From: Paramecium tetraurelia
Taxonomy: Eukaryota
Length of the DNA: 64,000 nucleotides
Direction: 5' to 3'
Assembly (NCBI GenBank): GCA_000165425.1
Contig: CT868296.1
Span: 1-64,000, forward strand
Part shown: positions 1-12,500 of the stretch, piece after piece
How positions within the stretch are numbered: the stretch's first letter is position 1
Layout of the letters: each line of letters opens with the position of its first letter
Program-made: the position numbers and the translations under genes
The notes under the pieces: model-generated
The model's database searches: none
What the model was told of the DNA's origin: nothing
Seen by the model: the letters and a program-made list of their open reading frames with translations, nothing else

Positions 1-299
1 CCCAAACTCCTAATTTACCCCCGCATTGAATGCGGCAAGCAGGTTTTAAAAATGATTGGAGTAATTCTAGGATTTTTTTAATCCGGGAATTTCAAGTATT
101 TTTTAACCTTTATTAAACGGATATATATATGACCCTTTTTTCTACAGGCCGTTATTTTGGTAAATCCGGAAATTCAGTGAATTTGGACTTATCGCAAATT
201 TAAATTCTGTATATGCCACTCTAAAATGTCCAATCAATTTCATTCATTCTGTGGCAAGTTCATGTATGATCAACAGTTTTCAAGGGTGTATCTCATTGA

Positions 300-1320
300 A
301 ACACCATATCACATTAATTCTAACAGATATTAATATCAAAATTTAAGACAACTCCAGTACCAAAATTCTGTTGATAATAGTGGTGGTGGACATATGATGA
401 AGGGTGTGAAAATTTTAAGATTGGAAAATAGGTTGAGATTAATTAGCAAGGGAATTAAAGATCATTTTTAAGTGACTTAGGACGGCCAATATAAAGATGT
501 TTGTTTATGGAAATCTTTTCAAAGGGGTAAATTATGGTGCTAGATATTAACACTCATTTTTAATGGCTCTACAAATTAAGATTAAAAAGCAGGTTAAGAT
601 TTTTTAAAGTGAAGGGTATTACAATTTATTTTTGAATTTCAGGAACAATTTAAATTGGAGAATATAAAAATAGCCAAAAGATTGCTCCGTTTTCTAAAAT
701 GTAAAACAAATTCTAAGATGTTATTAGTGGTGGTGGATCATATGATGAAGAAGGGATGAAGATGATAAATGGATTGACTTAAGTGAAGACTTTAAATACA
801 ATTCCTAAATCACTAGTTATGGTGAGTATAAAATGGTCAAAAATTCGTTAGAGAAGCATGATGAAATTGATTTTAAACGAATGTAAAATATTGTATAATA
901 TTTGGATAATGGTGGTGGTTGATATGATGTAGGGGGGAGCGGAATGAAGTTTTGAAAGTGGATTGAAATAATTAATGGATATAAAATAGATTCTTAAGTA
1001 ACTAATTGGTGAGTATAAGAGAGGAACAAAATTTGGTAGGTGAGAAATTTAGTAAAATGGTTCATATATGTAAAACACATTATATAAATCCATAATTACA
1101 AACTGCTACTAGTGGTGGTGGATCATATGAGGAAGACGGTGAAGGTGTTAAGATCGGGAAGTGGGTTGAAATATCTGAGGATTTAATAAGAATTTTTAAG
1201 TAACATATAATGGTGAATATTAAAATGGTAAGAAAATTGGTATTTGGGTGGAAATGAAAGGCGATGAGGATAAATAGGAAGAAATATTTCAAATACTGAA
1301 GGAAATGAAATATGATAATT
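300..1320 (+). pseudogene. Decayed copy of the Paramecium 'GGG.YDE.G.KIGKW.E' repeat-protein family (MORN-variant-like)
   Basis: Four repeat units begin ggtggtgga(t)catatgatgaag at about 381, 728, 911 and 1113 (e.g. GGGSYEEDGEGVKIGKWVEISEDF). Frameshifts and in-frame TGA occur under code 6. Confidence 0.7.
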
Positions 1321-1399
1321 GAAAATTCGATATAAAAGATTGATAATATCACTTATTTAAGTTTGTTTATCTTAGAATAAATTATCTATCTTATACTGT

Positions 1400-3300
1400 A
1401 ATAAATCTCAATCACCAGATTCCAAAAATTAGCCACTTAGGGGATAGTTTGAGAGGTCAAACTTTTTAAGTGCTTTATTATTGATCTTTCAAATAAAATA
1501 ATTCTTATAGTAAGTTGTATTTACTAAAAAGCTTAAGTAAGAAATTAATATATATTTATAGAATTAGGATACTTTCAATTCTATTAGACTAATTATGGAA
1601 GAAATGACCAAAATTGAAGAAGTAAAGGCAAATAAGACTTTATGAGTAAAGAAATTCATAAGATTAAATAAGGGAAGGTTTTAAAATTGAAAATATCTTT
1701 GAAAAAGGAAAAAAACCTAATGAAAATGTCTAACTTAACTTATCTGATCTTATAAATTTTTATATCAATCATCCTCTGATTGGCACAACTACTAATAATT
1801 GCTAATAGTTCAGTAGGTAATTAAAGCTAAAATTTTTAAGTGTGTAAATATTATTTCTCTGAAATTTGTAAAACCTTTTATTAAAATTGCTGATGATATT
1901 TGTTTGATTGGAACTTTTACTCCAATCAGTCTAAACCTTAACCCTGCTATAAATTCTTAAATCATTTTAGAAGTGCTAGAAACATAAAGTAAGGTTGATA
2001 ATAACGTCTGCAATATAAAAAATGATGGAAAGAATATATACAGTTATTTTACAATTGAAGCACTAATATGCAGAACTTAAATAAAACTATCCTTAGCCTC
2101 TATTATCATAAAGATCAAATTATTCAAATAGAGCACCAATATGTCCTACTTAACAGGATTCATCTCCTAGTATCCATCCTCCTTAGCAAGTTTTTGCCAT
2201 GTGGTAGCAATATTCTATATTTTAACTATTATTATATGCTTTCGAATAATTTTGTCTCAAATTCTATCATTGATGACTCTATTAGTCTGATTTTCATATC
2301 ATCTTTAAATCTACAATTGAAGGCTTTTCTGGAAACTTAATATAATTTTGGAATTATCACAAAGTAAACATGTAAAAGCTAAAACTAATTTCTGAGACTT
2401 CCTGTTGTGAGTTTATGTTAAAAACTATTGGTTCTAGAGTGCAACTTGAATCATGCAAACCCTTATTTTAATTGTTGAATTTATCCAACCCAATAATCCG
2501 AAAAGCTAAATTATAAGAAATAAAAGAGCTTGCATATTTGTCAATGTTTTCAAAGGATGAAATACTTCTTCCTGATGGATGAGTTTGGTAACTTGCTAAA
2601 GATGAATATCCTAATATCTTATAGAGTGTAACTATTATCTATTCGATTATTTCCTATGAGGTGTTTATCATTAACTTCATTTATAAAATTGTATTACCCC
2701 AATCATTGTGGCTTTTTCAAAAATATTATATCCACATTAAGATGAATTTTTGTCGACAAAATCAATCTCAAATTCTTTTGTTAATTGTAGAGATTAATTA
2801 TTAATGTAAACTGCCCCAGCTATCTAAGCTGTATTATTTATAAATTGATTTTTAAAGAAGCTACTGATGTCGATTCAGAAAAATAATAAATTTCCCCTCC
2901 AATTTCTGCTAATTATTGCAGAACAGAACAGTTTATTTTTAATTAAGATGTTGTTTTTCTAAATAGAGTTCTGAATGTCTACCTTATCTCCGAACTCTCT
3001 ATTGAGTTTGACCTGCTCGATTTTCTTTCAGTCGCCACTATTAATTTCTTTATTCCTCTTGCATTACTATCTGAGAGGCCTTCATGAGGGAGTACTTAGC
3101 CCATTTACCGGTGTATCGGTTTCGATTCCACACTCCTTCATCTTTAATTTTAATAAAATGGGGTCCTCCATTTACCCCTTCTCCATGAACGTCCTAATTA
3201 GGCAGTCAACCGCCAGGGAATCCTCGTAGTTAGCCTATTAGGTGGATGTTAATTTCTAATTGCCCTAATAGGGACTCTTCCCTTAAACCGGAACAGTATC
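1400..3300 (-). pseudogene. Relic of the large ciliate transmembrane protein family (NxA..GG parallel beta-helix repeats, Cys-rich linker, TM region)
   Basis: Minus strand gives NNTAQIAGAVY near 2810-2840, GGWILGDESCQVGHIGALFEQFDLYDNRGQG at about 2090-2182 and SAILIKGFTNF near 1865-1895. There are many frameshifts, and Cys positions typical of the family read as Phe. Confidence 0.65.
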
Positions 3301-3699
3301 TTTTTCTGGACATTGGGATTAAAAAAAGGGCATAATAATAGAGAGCTTGTTGTTAATTCTATTTCTTAGCAATCTCCTTCTATTGTTTAGTTTAATTCAA
3401 ATACATTTAAAATTTGAAGATTTTCAATTTATATTTCCACCCATAATTAATATTACATTCTTTTAATGTTATTACCATTATAGAAGATTAAAAAAATGTG
3501 ATTCTGAATTGTTATGTTTTATAAATTGATATTTAATGGAGAATAAAAACATATTAAATGGATATTTATAGGTTAGAATAACTAACTAAAAAGGCTTCAT
3601 AGCCTATTAATTGATCGAATAAATTTATTAAAGCCATACTCTGTTGACTTAAAGTTGATATTCTTAAGCAATATAAAAAAAATATTTCGGTATATAGTG

Positions 3700-5400
3700 A
3701 TTCAATATTTGGGGTATTGTAGGAAAAGAAGTAATTTTAAAATGAGAATCAATCCAAGATAATTAGATCTTCCAATTCTTTCCAGTTATAATTTTTGGAA
3801 TGTAAAATGTAATTGCTAGCAACAATCCGTTTCACTTTTTAATATTCATATTCAGAGAAGATAGCATGATAAATGAAAAAAAGTAGGGACTAAAGGAGCC
3901 ACATTAAGATTCGAAAAAATAGAAGAGGAATTTACGTTTTAGAAATCAAAAATTTAAATAAAGTTTGGATATGCTTCTTTAAAAAGGTTTTCAGATGATG
4001 AATAGAATTAAGACGTCAGAAGAAAATAGAGTAATATTTAAAGTTTAACAAGTATATCATGTCATAAATGAGCTTTAAAGGAATTAGAACTAAAATATTG
4101 ATGATACCATATTTCAAATAGTTGATCAATTATTGAATTTATTTGGAAATTAAAATTATCAAATCTATTTTTATAACTAAAGTTGGAAAAATAAAAATTG
4201 GATCTTCAAATTATAGAGAAAATTTACTTATTTCTCCAAATAACAATATTTGTGAAAATTAGAAATTGATATATATTAGACTTAGGTTAATAAATATCTA
4301 ATACTATCATAAAAAAGAGTACTTATCTAAATGATTCTCAAGTGCAAAGAAAATAATTATCACTAAATTTTCATTCCTAACGAAGATTGACTGTGCTAAT
4401 TTTGGTGACGATATCCTTAAATTCAAATGTGATGTATTAACATATATGTAATAAAAAACGAAAATATTATCACAAGAGCATGGATTTGAATCTCATTGCA
4501 AAAATCATGTGCTTTAAACTATTAAAGTAATGAAGTACACTTATAATAATTTAGCAATAAACCAATACATAAAAAATAATGATTGTAATGTAATTCTATT
4601 TCTATTATAATAAGAATGAGTTATAGAATAAAAATTTTTGAGGATACTGTTTAATTTTATTATCACATGAAAATGTTTTCTAATTCAATTATTATCATAT
4701 TTATTGTTTCCCTTGAAAAGATAAAATAAATAATGTTTATGGTTTATACTTAAATTTTTTCTTCATTTTTATATTGACTATGATTTTAATTACTAATTCT
4801 AGTTTCATATGAATAAATAATAACATATTAACTATCTTTTTATATGCAATTAACAGAATTAACCTGCAATTATGAAACCATATATAACACTTTGTACATC
4901 TTTTGATAGTTTTAAGCTTACAAGAATTAAAAACAAAAAAATACCATTACCCTTGCAAAATTATTTTATATTTTAAATAGAGATATATTTGGCGCTAAAA
5001 TTATATAACTTTGTAAAATAAATCTATATTGTATTTATTATTTTATCAAATTATTTTTTGAATGGAAATTGTATTGATATTTCTAGGTTGTCTTATTTAT
5101 TAGACGGAATCGATAACGAAAAATGTGAATAGATTAATTATCAACCTTGGATCAATTATTTTTAATACATGTAAAATTTTTTGAGTTGAGAAGCAGATGA
5201 AGAAGATTGTTCAAAGGTTCAACATATTGATAATGATTTTCTACAAAAGTCCTCCTCCTTAATTCCTTATAAATAAGAACCTATTTTAATAAGGATTGGA
5301 AATTGCTGGAAACGATTACGATATAAACTTTAACCTAGTGTTGTATGTAGAATAAAGCAATTACAAGTGAAAAACGGAAATTTAAATCTGAAATTTAATC
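3700..5400 (+). pseudogene. Heavily decayed relic, probably the C-terminal TM part of the same membrane-protein family
   Basis: Only fragmentary motifs (KQLINY, C..FGD, MKPY...FD) and hydrophobic stretches; no continuous frame under code 6. Confidence 0.35.
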
Positions 5401-5611
5401 TCAAGAAAATTGTTTTGAAATGTTTGAATCTAAAGATGGAAGGTTGATATTATTTTGTCTGAGTTAATTTACTCTAAATTAATATTAAGTGAATTTTTAA
5501 GGGAAGACAACATTAATTTTTAAATTAAATGCTTCATATTAAATATCAGATTTTTGTAAAATAAATAAAAGACATTGAATGAAAATTCTAAAATTTTCAT
5601 GTTTTATAAAT

Positions 5612-5895
5612 TTTGTATTATTAATATTCTTAAGAGAAATCTTAATTTATAAACATTAAATTACAAATAAATTAAGAAATACATTGATTGATCGATTGTT
5701 TATTATTAGTATTCATCAGAGAAATCTTAATTTATCTACATTATGGAAATGAATAAGAAATACAATTATTTTTTGTATTTTAAATATTCATAAAGAGAAA
5801 TCTTAATTTATAAACGTTATTAAAAATGAATAAGAAATAAAAATATATTTTATAAGTTAATTATTTTTAAGAGAAATCGGACTATAAAAACATTT
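5612..5895. repeat. ~76-87 bp tandem repeat, about 4 degenerate copies
   Basis: AGAGAAATCTTAATTTAT..ACATT...AATGAATAAGAAATA recurs at about 5633, 5718, 5794 and 5870. Confidence 0.8.
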
Positions 5896-6924
5896 TAGGT
5901 TTGTTAAATTAAAGGTTATAATGATTCCAAACTAAGATTTAAATTATATTGCAGCTTTAATCCAAAACATGGAAATTAACTTTGAAAGTTATTCCTTTAC
6001 CAATACAAAATCTAATCCAAAAAAATTATCACAACAACAAAATAAATATTTGGTCGATATGGTGGGTCTGAATTATAAAAACGATTTATTTTGAAGTATT
6101 CCTCTGTCGTTCTGGATAGAGAGAAAACAATGATAAACAAAATTTATTGATATTTAATTTTAATAATATGGATAATGAATTAATTTTTGTTTCGAATACA
6201 AAATTTTTTTTTGTTAATATTTTTAATTCTTTAATCCTTGAATAAATTTCAGGAGAATTCAAATCTAATTACTAAATTTTTTAAATACAAGCACCCTTTT
6301 TGCTCCAAAAATATAAATATTTTTATTCCACAACACAAAATATAATTTCTTGCTCTAAATTATATAACCTCATACATATAAATAAAATAATCATTGTGTT
6401 CTCTGCTTCACCTTAAAGTGCCAATGAATGTGTGAAAAAAAAATGATTTTTAATTCAGACCCCTAATAGTATTACTGATTATAAACATGAATAAATGGAA
6501 TTTTTATTTCTTTTTCGTTTCTATTCATAACAGCCCTTTCTAATGTTTATAGATTTTTAAAATTATAATTATTGAATAAATGGATTAAAACTCCTACTTT
6601 TTCAAACTTTCCTGATTTAATTTCTAATTATATCAAATTATATTTAAGCTTACCAAACTGAAAACAATTCAATTTAATGTAATTATTAAATATTTTATAA
6701 TTCTTATTAGAATGAATAATTAAATCTAATAAAGGGATACCATTCTTACTGTTAAGGGCTTAAACTACTACTCTTAAAAAAAAAATTTTATTAAATATTT
6801 GTTAAATTTTATAGGAATAATAATCAACAAAAAATTTCATTATTTAATGATTTATTTTATTTCAATCCATGCATTTTTTTTGATAAAATTATCAATAGTT
6901 AATTAACTAAAGCCTCCCAAGAAT

Positions 6925-8160
6925 ATATGTATTTCTTTCTATAAATTAAATCATTTATTGGTTACTTTTTATCAGCCTATTACTTCAACATATTCCAAAT
7001 TACTTCAATTGGATTGGACTGCTACCAATACAAATTTGAAAGCATACAAAACCAATTTATCCAACTGCTCCAATGATATTGAGGTAATTTTATGTTTGAA
7101 TAATTCTTCTACATTTTTTTTTCTCGAACAGTTACCAACATTTTTGGGTCTTGTGAGAAAAAGTATCTAAGTATATAAGCTAATAGCTTTCATTAGCAAA
7201 GGATAGTAAATGTTAAGTAAAAAGTAGACTGATAGGTTTTCTATTTCAGTAAAATAGCCTTAACTTCTGAAGTTTGTTTGCCGAAAAGTTAGGCCACAAA
7301 TCTTTAATTATTTTTGGAATTTTTTAAGAGAGGCAACATTCAATCCTAATTCAAATTCCTTGTGAAAAGATTAAAGTATGGTTTATGAATTCCACAAACC
7401 GCTTAAATTTGATTGATTCGCATATTACCTTAACCAATCTAGGTGATTTTGAGTAAATGAAATTATTATAAAAATGAGTTACTGATTGAGATTTATTTCA
7501 ATCTATAATTTATTTAATTTTATGATAGTCCAGTCATTGCTGAAATGTAAGTTCTAGTGCAACCAGTATCGGTTATTTTCTAATAATATGACAATTATTC
7601 CAAGCCTTATGAATCAGGCATATATTTTTTTTATAAATCCTTCTTTAAATGTTTAAGTAAGTAATGCTGCTTGATTATAGAAAGTTTTATCTTCTACAAA
7701 ATTTAAATTAAGTAATTGAGATTGGTTAGTGAATACAATATTTTTGGTTTCACCAAACCATCATTATTTTAAATAACTGAATTTCAACATGCTGAAGGGT
7801 TTTTCATTTAAGATATATATTAAATAGATTATCAATATAAATCAAAGAAAATTAAAGGACTTGAATACTTCAATGTATCAATCAAAAAGAATTAGAATAT
7901 TCAAAGTTCTCTTGTAGAAGTTTAAAAGAAGAAAGCAATGACAGTCCTTAAGTAAATGGAGAAGGTGAAGACATAATTGGAGGGAGGAACAAAAAATAAA
8001 CAAATATAATGGGAAAACTTTAAAAATTAAAAACTGATCTGAAAGAATTTTAATAACGTGGAATTTAGTAATATGCTGAAGATCTAAACTCCAGAGCTTT
8101 TTAAAACAACTTTGAACTTCAAGAGGAGTTTCTAAGTGATTTGATCATCATATATTATAT
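6925..8160 (+). pseudogene. Degenerate coding-like sequence of unknown family
   Basis: Codon-like stretches (YDSPVIAEMQVLVQPVSVIFQQYDNYSKPYE; ELQEEFLSDL) are interrupted by TGA and frameshifts. Confidence 0.35.
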
Positions 8161-8504
8161 AAAAACAAATTCCTCTTATTTTTGTATGTATAAACATCTT
8201 CCTATTTTATAAATACTTAGACTTATAAAAATATATGTTCCATAAAATATATGCTATTGTTCCTAATTTATTTCAATATTGAAAATCAAGTTCGTTATAA
8301 AATAAAAAAACATTTCATCACTTTAAAAAACTATTATCATATTATCACTATTATGAAAGAAAATCAATATAATCAAGTTGTAATAATTAAGTAAAATAAT
8401 GTTCTTACTTCATAAAACAATAAATTTAGAATCATAAAGTTGTGATATAATTTGTGAATTTTAATTCATACATTTGATTGAGATTGATTTTTTATGATTA
8501 ATAT

Positions 8505-8680
8505 TTATAAAAGAAATCTTAATATCTCAACATTATTGAAAATGAATAAGAAATACAATTATATTTAATTAGATTTTGTATTTTTCACATTCATAAGAGA
8601 AATCTTAATTTATAAACATTATATTGAAAATGAATAAGAAATACATCTTATTTAATTAGATTGTAAATTTTTCAAATTTC
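8505..8680. repeat. Second cluster (2 copies) of the same ~85-bp repeat
   Basis: AGAAATCTTAAT...ACATTA..TTGAAAATGAATAAGAAATACA..T.ATTTAATTAGATT occurs at about 8512 and 8598. Confidence 0.8.
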
Positions 8681-8685
8681 TAAAA

Positions 8686-9520
8686 ATGGAATATTATATA
8701 TTAAAATCAATTAATGTAGTTCAATCACTATTTAATAGAGGTATAGTATTGATGGGAAAAAACCTGGGAAATGGATTGATGTAGATGAAAATTACTCATC
8801 GTAATAAATACTATATACTAATGATCACGATCAATTTTATATGAAGGGGAATACAAGAACGGAAGTAAATTTGGGACTTGGGTATCATAAAATATGCTTT
8901 TGAAGAAGTAGCTTCAATAATCTATTTTTTATGATTATGATAGCGGCGGTGGTATATACAATGATTATGGAATGAAAAATGGAAAATGGCGTGGTATATT
9001 TGATAATTACAGAGAGCATAATGAATTATTAATAGATTTAGAAACTGTTAAGTCATTTAAATAGGTAACTTTATGAATGGAAAAAGGTATGGGAATTGGA
9101 ATTTCATTTGTAAATACTATAATTCTTTAAATTTTCATAAAATGTAAATTTTTATAAAATAAAAATTAGAGGTGGAGGGGAATAAGAGATGGAGTATGGT
9201 TGGAATTAAACGACAATTTTTCAGAGTATGATTTTTTATTATCTTAGAAACTGCCATAAAAATGGTTACAAACAAGGAAGATGGAAAGCATTATTCAAAG
9301 GTTGTCATGAATATACTTATAAAACTCTGTAAGTTGTTTTATTACATTAATTTAGAGGAGGAGGAGTTTATTAAGAGGACGGATTAAAAATGGAAAATGG
9401 ACAGAAATACATGAAAGCTTTTCAAAAAGTTAATATTTTTCTATTATATATTATATTAGTTCTTGGTAGTAAATAAGTCATGTTGAATATTTAAATGGTA
9501 TCAAATAGGAAAAAGTATGA
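8686..9520 (+). pseudogene. Second member of the GGG.Y..G.K.GKW repeat family, probably decayed
   Basis: GKKPGKWIDVDENY, GGGIYNDYGMKNGKW, GNFMNGKRYGNW and GGGVYQEDG, separated by tiny introns, with apparent deletions and frameshifts. Confidence 0.65.
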
Positions 9521-9631
9521 AGTTAAATTTATAATAATCATAATAATTTCTTTAAATTTAACTTTCAATTGCCAATCAATTTTTAGAAATGAATTAAAAA
9601 AATGAAATTCCATAAATTATAGAATACAATT

Positions 9632-10729
9632 TCATTGTTCAGTATCTTCTGTTTGAGGTATTATGCTAGTTTTACTTGCCCTCAGCAATGGGGCATTTAC
9701 AGAAGAATGTCTAGATGATAATTTGATTTCTTTTTAGAAAGTAGTTTAATTCCAACTTTCCGCTCCAAATTCTTTCTTAATTAGTTCAACAGTTTCGTCC
9801 ATTGCTTCCTTTGGTCTTAGGGAATTGTGAGTTCCATCAAAAGTTATCAATTTTTTTTTCCCTCTAAAATTTTCTATTAACAAAGATGCATGTTTAGTCT
9901 ATATCAATTCATCCTGTTTAGCTTGTAAAAAAATAATAGATAGATCGTTTGATAATGCTAACTATAATGTAAGAATACTTTAGACTATTTAAAGCAAGTT
10001 AAGATCATCCACATTAAAGTGGGCTTCTTTTTAGATTTTAGATTTGATGAAACACCAACAACAATTAAAGCAAAAATTAGGAATATGATATCTAGACTTA
10101 GCCAAATCCTAGCATAAAATCTAAAAATTTGAAAAAGGACTGTCACAAACTATTACTCGAAAGTTTGGGTTTTCACTGGCTGACAAAATAGCAGTAGCTG
10201 AACCCATTGATCTACCCCACAATCCTATTGATGTTATATTACTCATTTTTAATAGATGACATATATACTTTTTCTACTCTCAAATAATTATAGAGACACT
10301 AAACATCTTAAGATTCCCAATAACCCAAAGATATATACTCTCCTTATGATTGTCCCGATCCTTAATTATTACAGCAAATTAGTACCTGATAAATCAATTC
10401 CACATACTGAAATATAAGATGGAATCACATAATCTATTATTGAATGCGATTCTATTCTACAACCTGAATTTCCATGTAGATATATGATGCAGGGATGTGG
10501 CTTATCCTTTACTTTTATTGGTTCAAATAAACTATTATTTTTCTTAACAATACCTGCATTGCAATATGAGATTACGATTATTTTTTATTGAAAAATCGGT
10601 TCTTTTAACGATAATACCTTGTACCATAAAAGCTTCACTTCCAAGGCCGCTTAGTTTGTATGAATACCTTGGAGGTCTAATTATAGGTTTCCATAATTTT
10701 TCATTCCATTTATATTCTTCCTATTTCAT
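9632..10729 (-). CDS. Alpha/beta hydrolase (serine aminopeptidase S33 / ABHD-like), multi-exon
   Basis: MKQEEYKWNEKLWKPIIRPPRYSY..., CIIYLHGNSGCR, nucleophile elbow GLWGRSMGS, and C-terminal GTHNS. Several ~22-25 nt introns; TGA at 9634-9632. Confidence 0.9.
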
Positions 10730-10735
10730 TAATTA

Positions 10736-12147
10736 ATGATTTAACAATTAGAAGAATTATTTACAGAAACCCTTTAATATAACAAACTGTATTGGATTTT
10801 AGGATAGTACAACAATACTTATGTGATTGGTCCCAATGGGGTTGGAAAAACAACAGCAGTTCATTTTTGTTTAGATAAACTTAAAATACCATATATAAGG
10901 ATTAATATGATGTAGGTATAAATTATTAGTATTATTTAGTGTTTGACAAAGTAAAGTTTATTATAAGCAATCGTTAATGAGATTAGCGAACTATGGAATC
11001 AGGAATTAACAAAAATAAGCAAGTTTAGCGAACTAATTATTAGATTAAACACAATTATATCAACATCTAATTAGAAGAATAGACGGTATAATTATCATTC
11101 ATTATTAGAGCATATATAATTATTGATGCTCCATAATATCCTTAAATTGAGTTTATTTATTTGTAAAAATTATTCGCGCTTTCAGAAATAAAATCTAAAA
11201 CTTGCTCAGTTAATTTTATTTTTATTTGTAATCAATTACCCAACATAATTGATATGCCTTTGGGAATTACGATGATATTTCAATCATTTGATGAAGAATT
11301 ATAAATAAGAATCATTTATGCTCACATAATGTATAGAGCAATTATGCTTGAGGATTATTAAGTATAAAAATAAGACAATGTGCGAGCATTTGCTGGATAA
11401 GTAGCCAAAGATGTCTTCGTTACATTTTCAATAATCACAACTAATTTAAATAATTTAATTTAAATTGCTGTAGGTTTGTTTGAGAATTTTATTTATTAAT
11501 GTGTAAATTTAACTAATGAAGAATAACTATAGATTAGATAATAATACTTGATTGCAAGAAAATTATTGTTTGAAAACCCATTCTTATAAATAAATTCGAA
11601 AGAATTTAAGGATCTAATTGAAGAAGTTGAATCTTAAAAAAACCCTCAGTAAAAATCCATTTAAGAATCCAAAAAATAATAAGCAGAAACTAAAACAGCT
11701 ATTTAAACATTAGAAATTTAAAAAATTAAATTGCCTAAACTGCCCTCTTTGATCCTATTATCATCTTATTATGCCTCTAGAAATCCTGAAAAAACGGATG
11801 GAACTATTTTCAGAGATCTTAAGAAAAATAAAAGATAATCCAAAGTTAAAGAGCAATTGAAAGTCAAGTAAAAAGTTTCTCTTTATCGATTAATTGCAAT
11901 TACATAATCCTTAATGTCAATTAACGAAAACAAGGAATTTTCAATTGAGAAACAACAATTCAATTAATCAGTATAATTCTATCAATAAATATAATTGCTA
12001 AGTGACCAAGGGTTTATTAAAGTTCACCATAAAAAAGACGATATTTTAAATAAAATAAAATTAGAATGTTAAATAACAGAAAAATAAGCTTTCGATCTTG
12101 CCGCTGAACTTAACATTTAATTCAATGAATTTTTATCTGCATTTTGA
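10736..12147 (+). CDS. ORC5: Origin recognition complex subunit 5
   Basis: N-terminal Walker A GPNGVGKTT; C-terminal LILLSSYYASRNPEKTD..F and SLYRLIAI match the ORC5_C pattern (LLIAAYLAS.NP...D, F.L.RLLAI). Two tiny introns near 10916 and 11086. Confidence 0.8.
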
Positions 12148-12500
12148 TTGATCATGTTATAAAAATTATTTAAATAAATAATAAAAAAATATTTCACTTT
12201 TTTATATCCAGGGTTAGAAACGATATATAAGCTTAATTGTAATTTATTATCTATATCATTTGAATTTTGATTCTGTTTACTTTAACTTACATTAAACAAG
12301 AGTCTTTTTAGAACCTGAAACTATAATTATCGGAGCCAATATGAAAGTCAAAGTATATTTATAATGAATATTTTTGAAAATTTTAGGAAAAACAGAGTCT
12401 GATTATATTTTAGTACTAAAAGAAAAGAAATAGGTAAAAAGATTATATAGTATTAAAAAAAACAGAAAAGATAGGAGGGACTATTTGGCTATAATCATAT

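Noticed and set aside
1..40. Telomere repeat CCCAAA and hairpin CCGCATT-G-AATGCGG
   Set aside because: Only one hexamer and a 7-bp stem, in what looks like low-quality end sequence; not enough to call a telomere or structured RNA.
1080..1352. Standard-code ORF 1080..1352(-) and similar track ORFs (44364-44690, 53264-53506, 63036-63356, 50935-51284)
   Set aside because: These are antisense or off-frame shadows of real code-6 genes or pseudogenes.
5612..5895. CRISPR-like repeat-spacer array
   Set aside because: The whole unit is repeated and degenerate with no unique spacers, there are no cas genes, and the context is eukaryotic.
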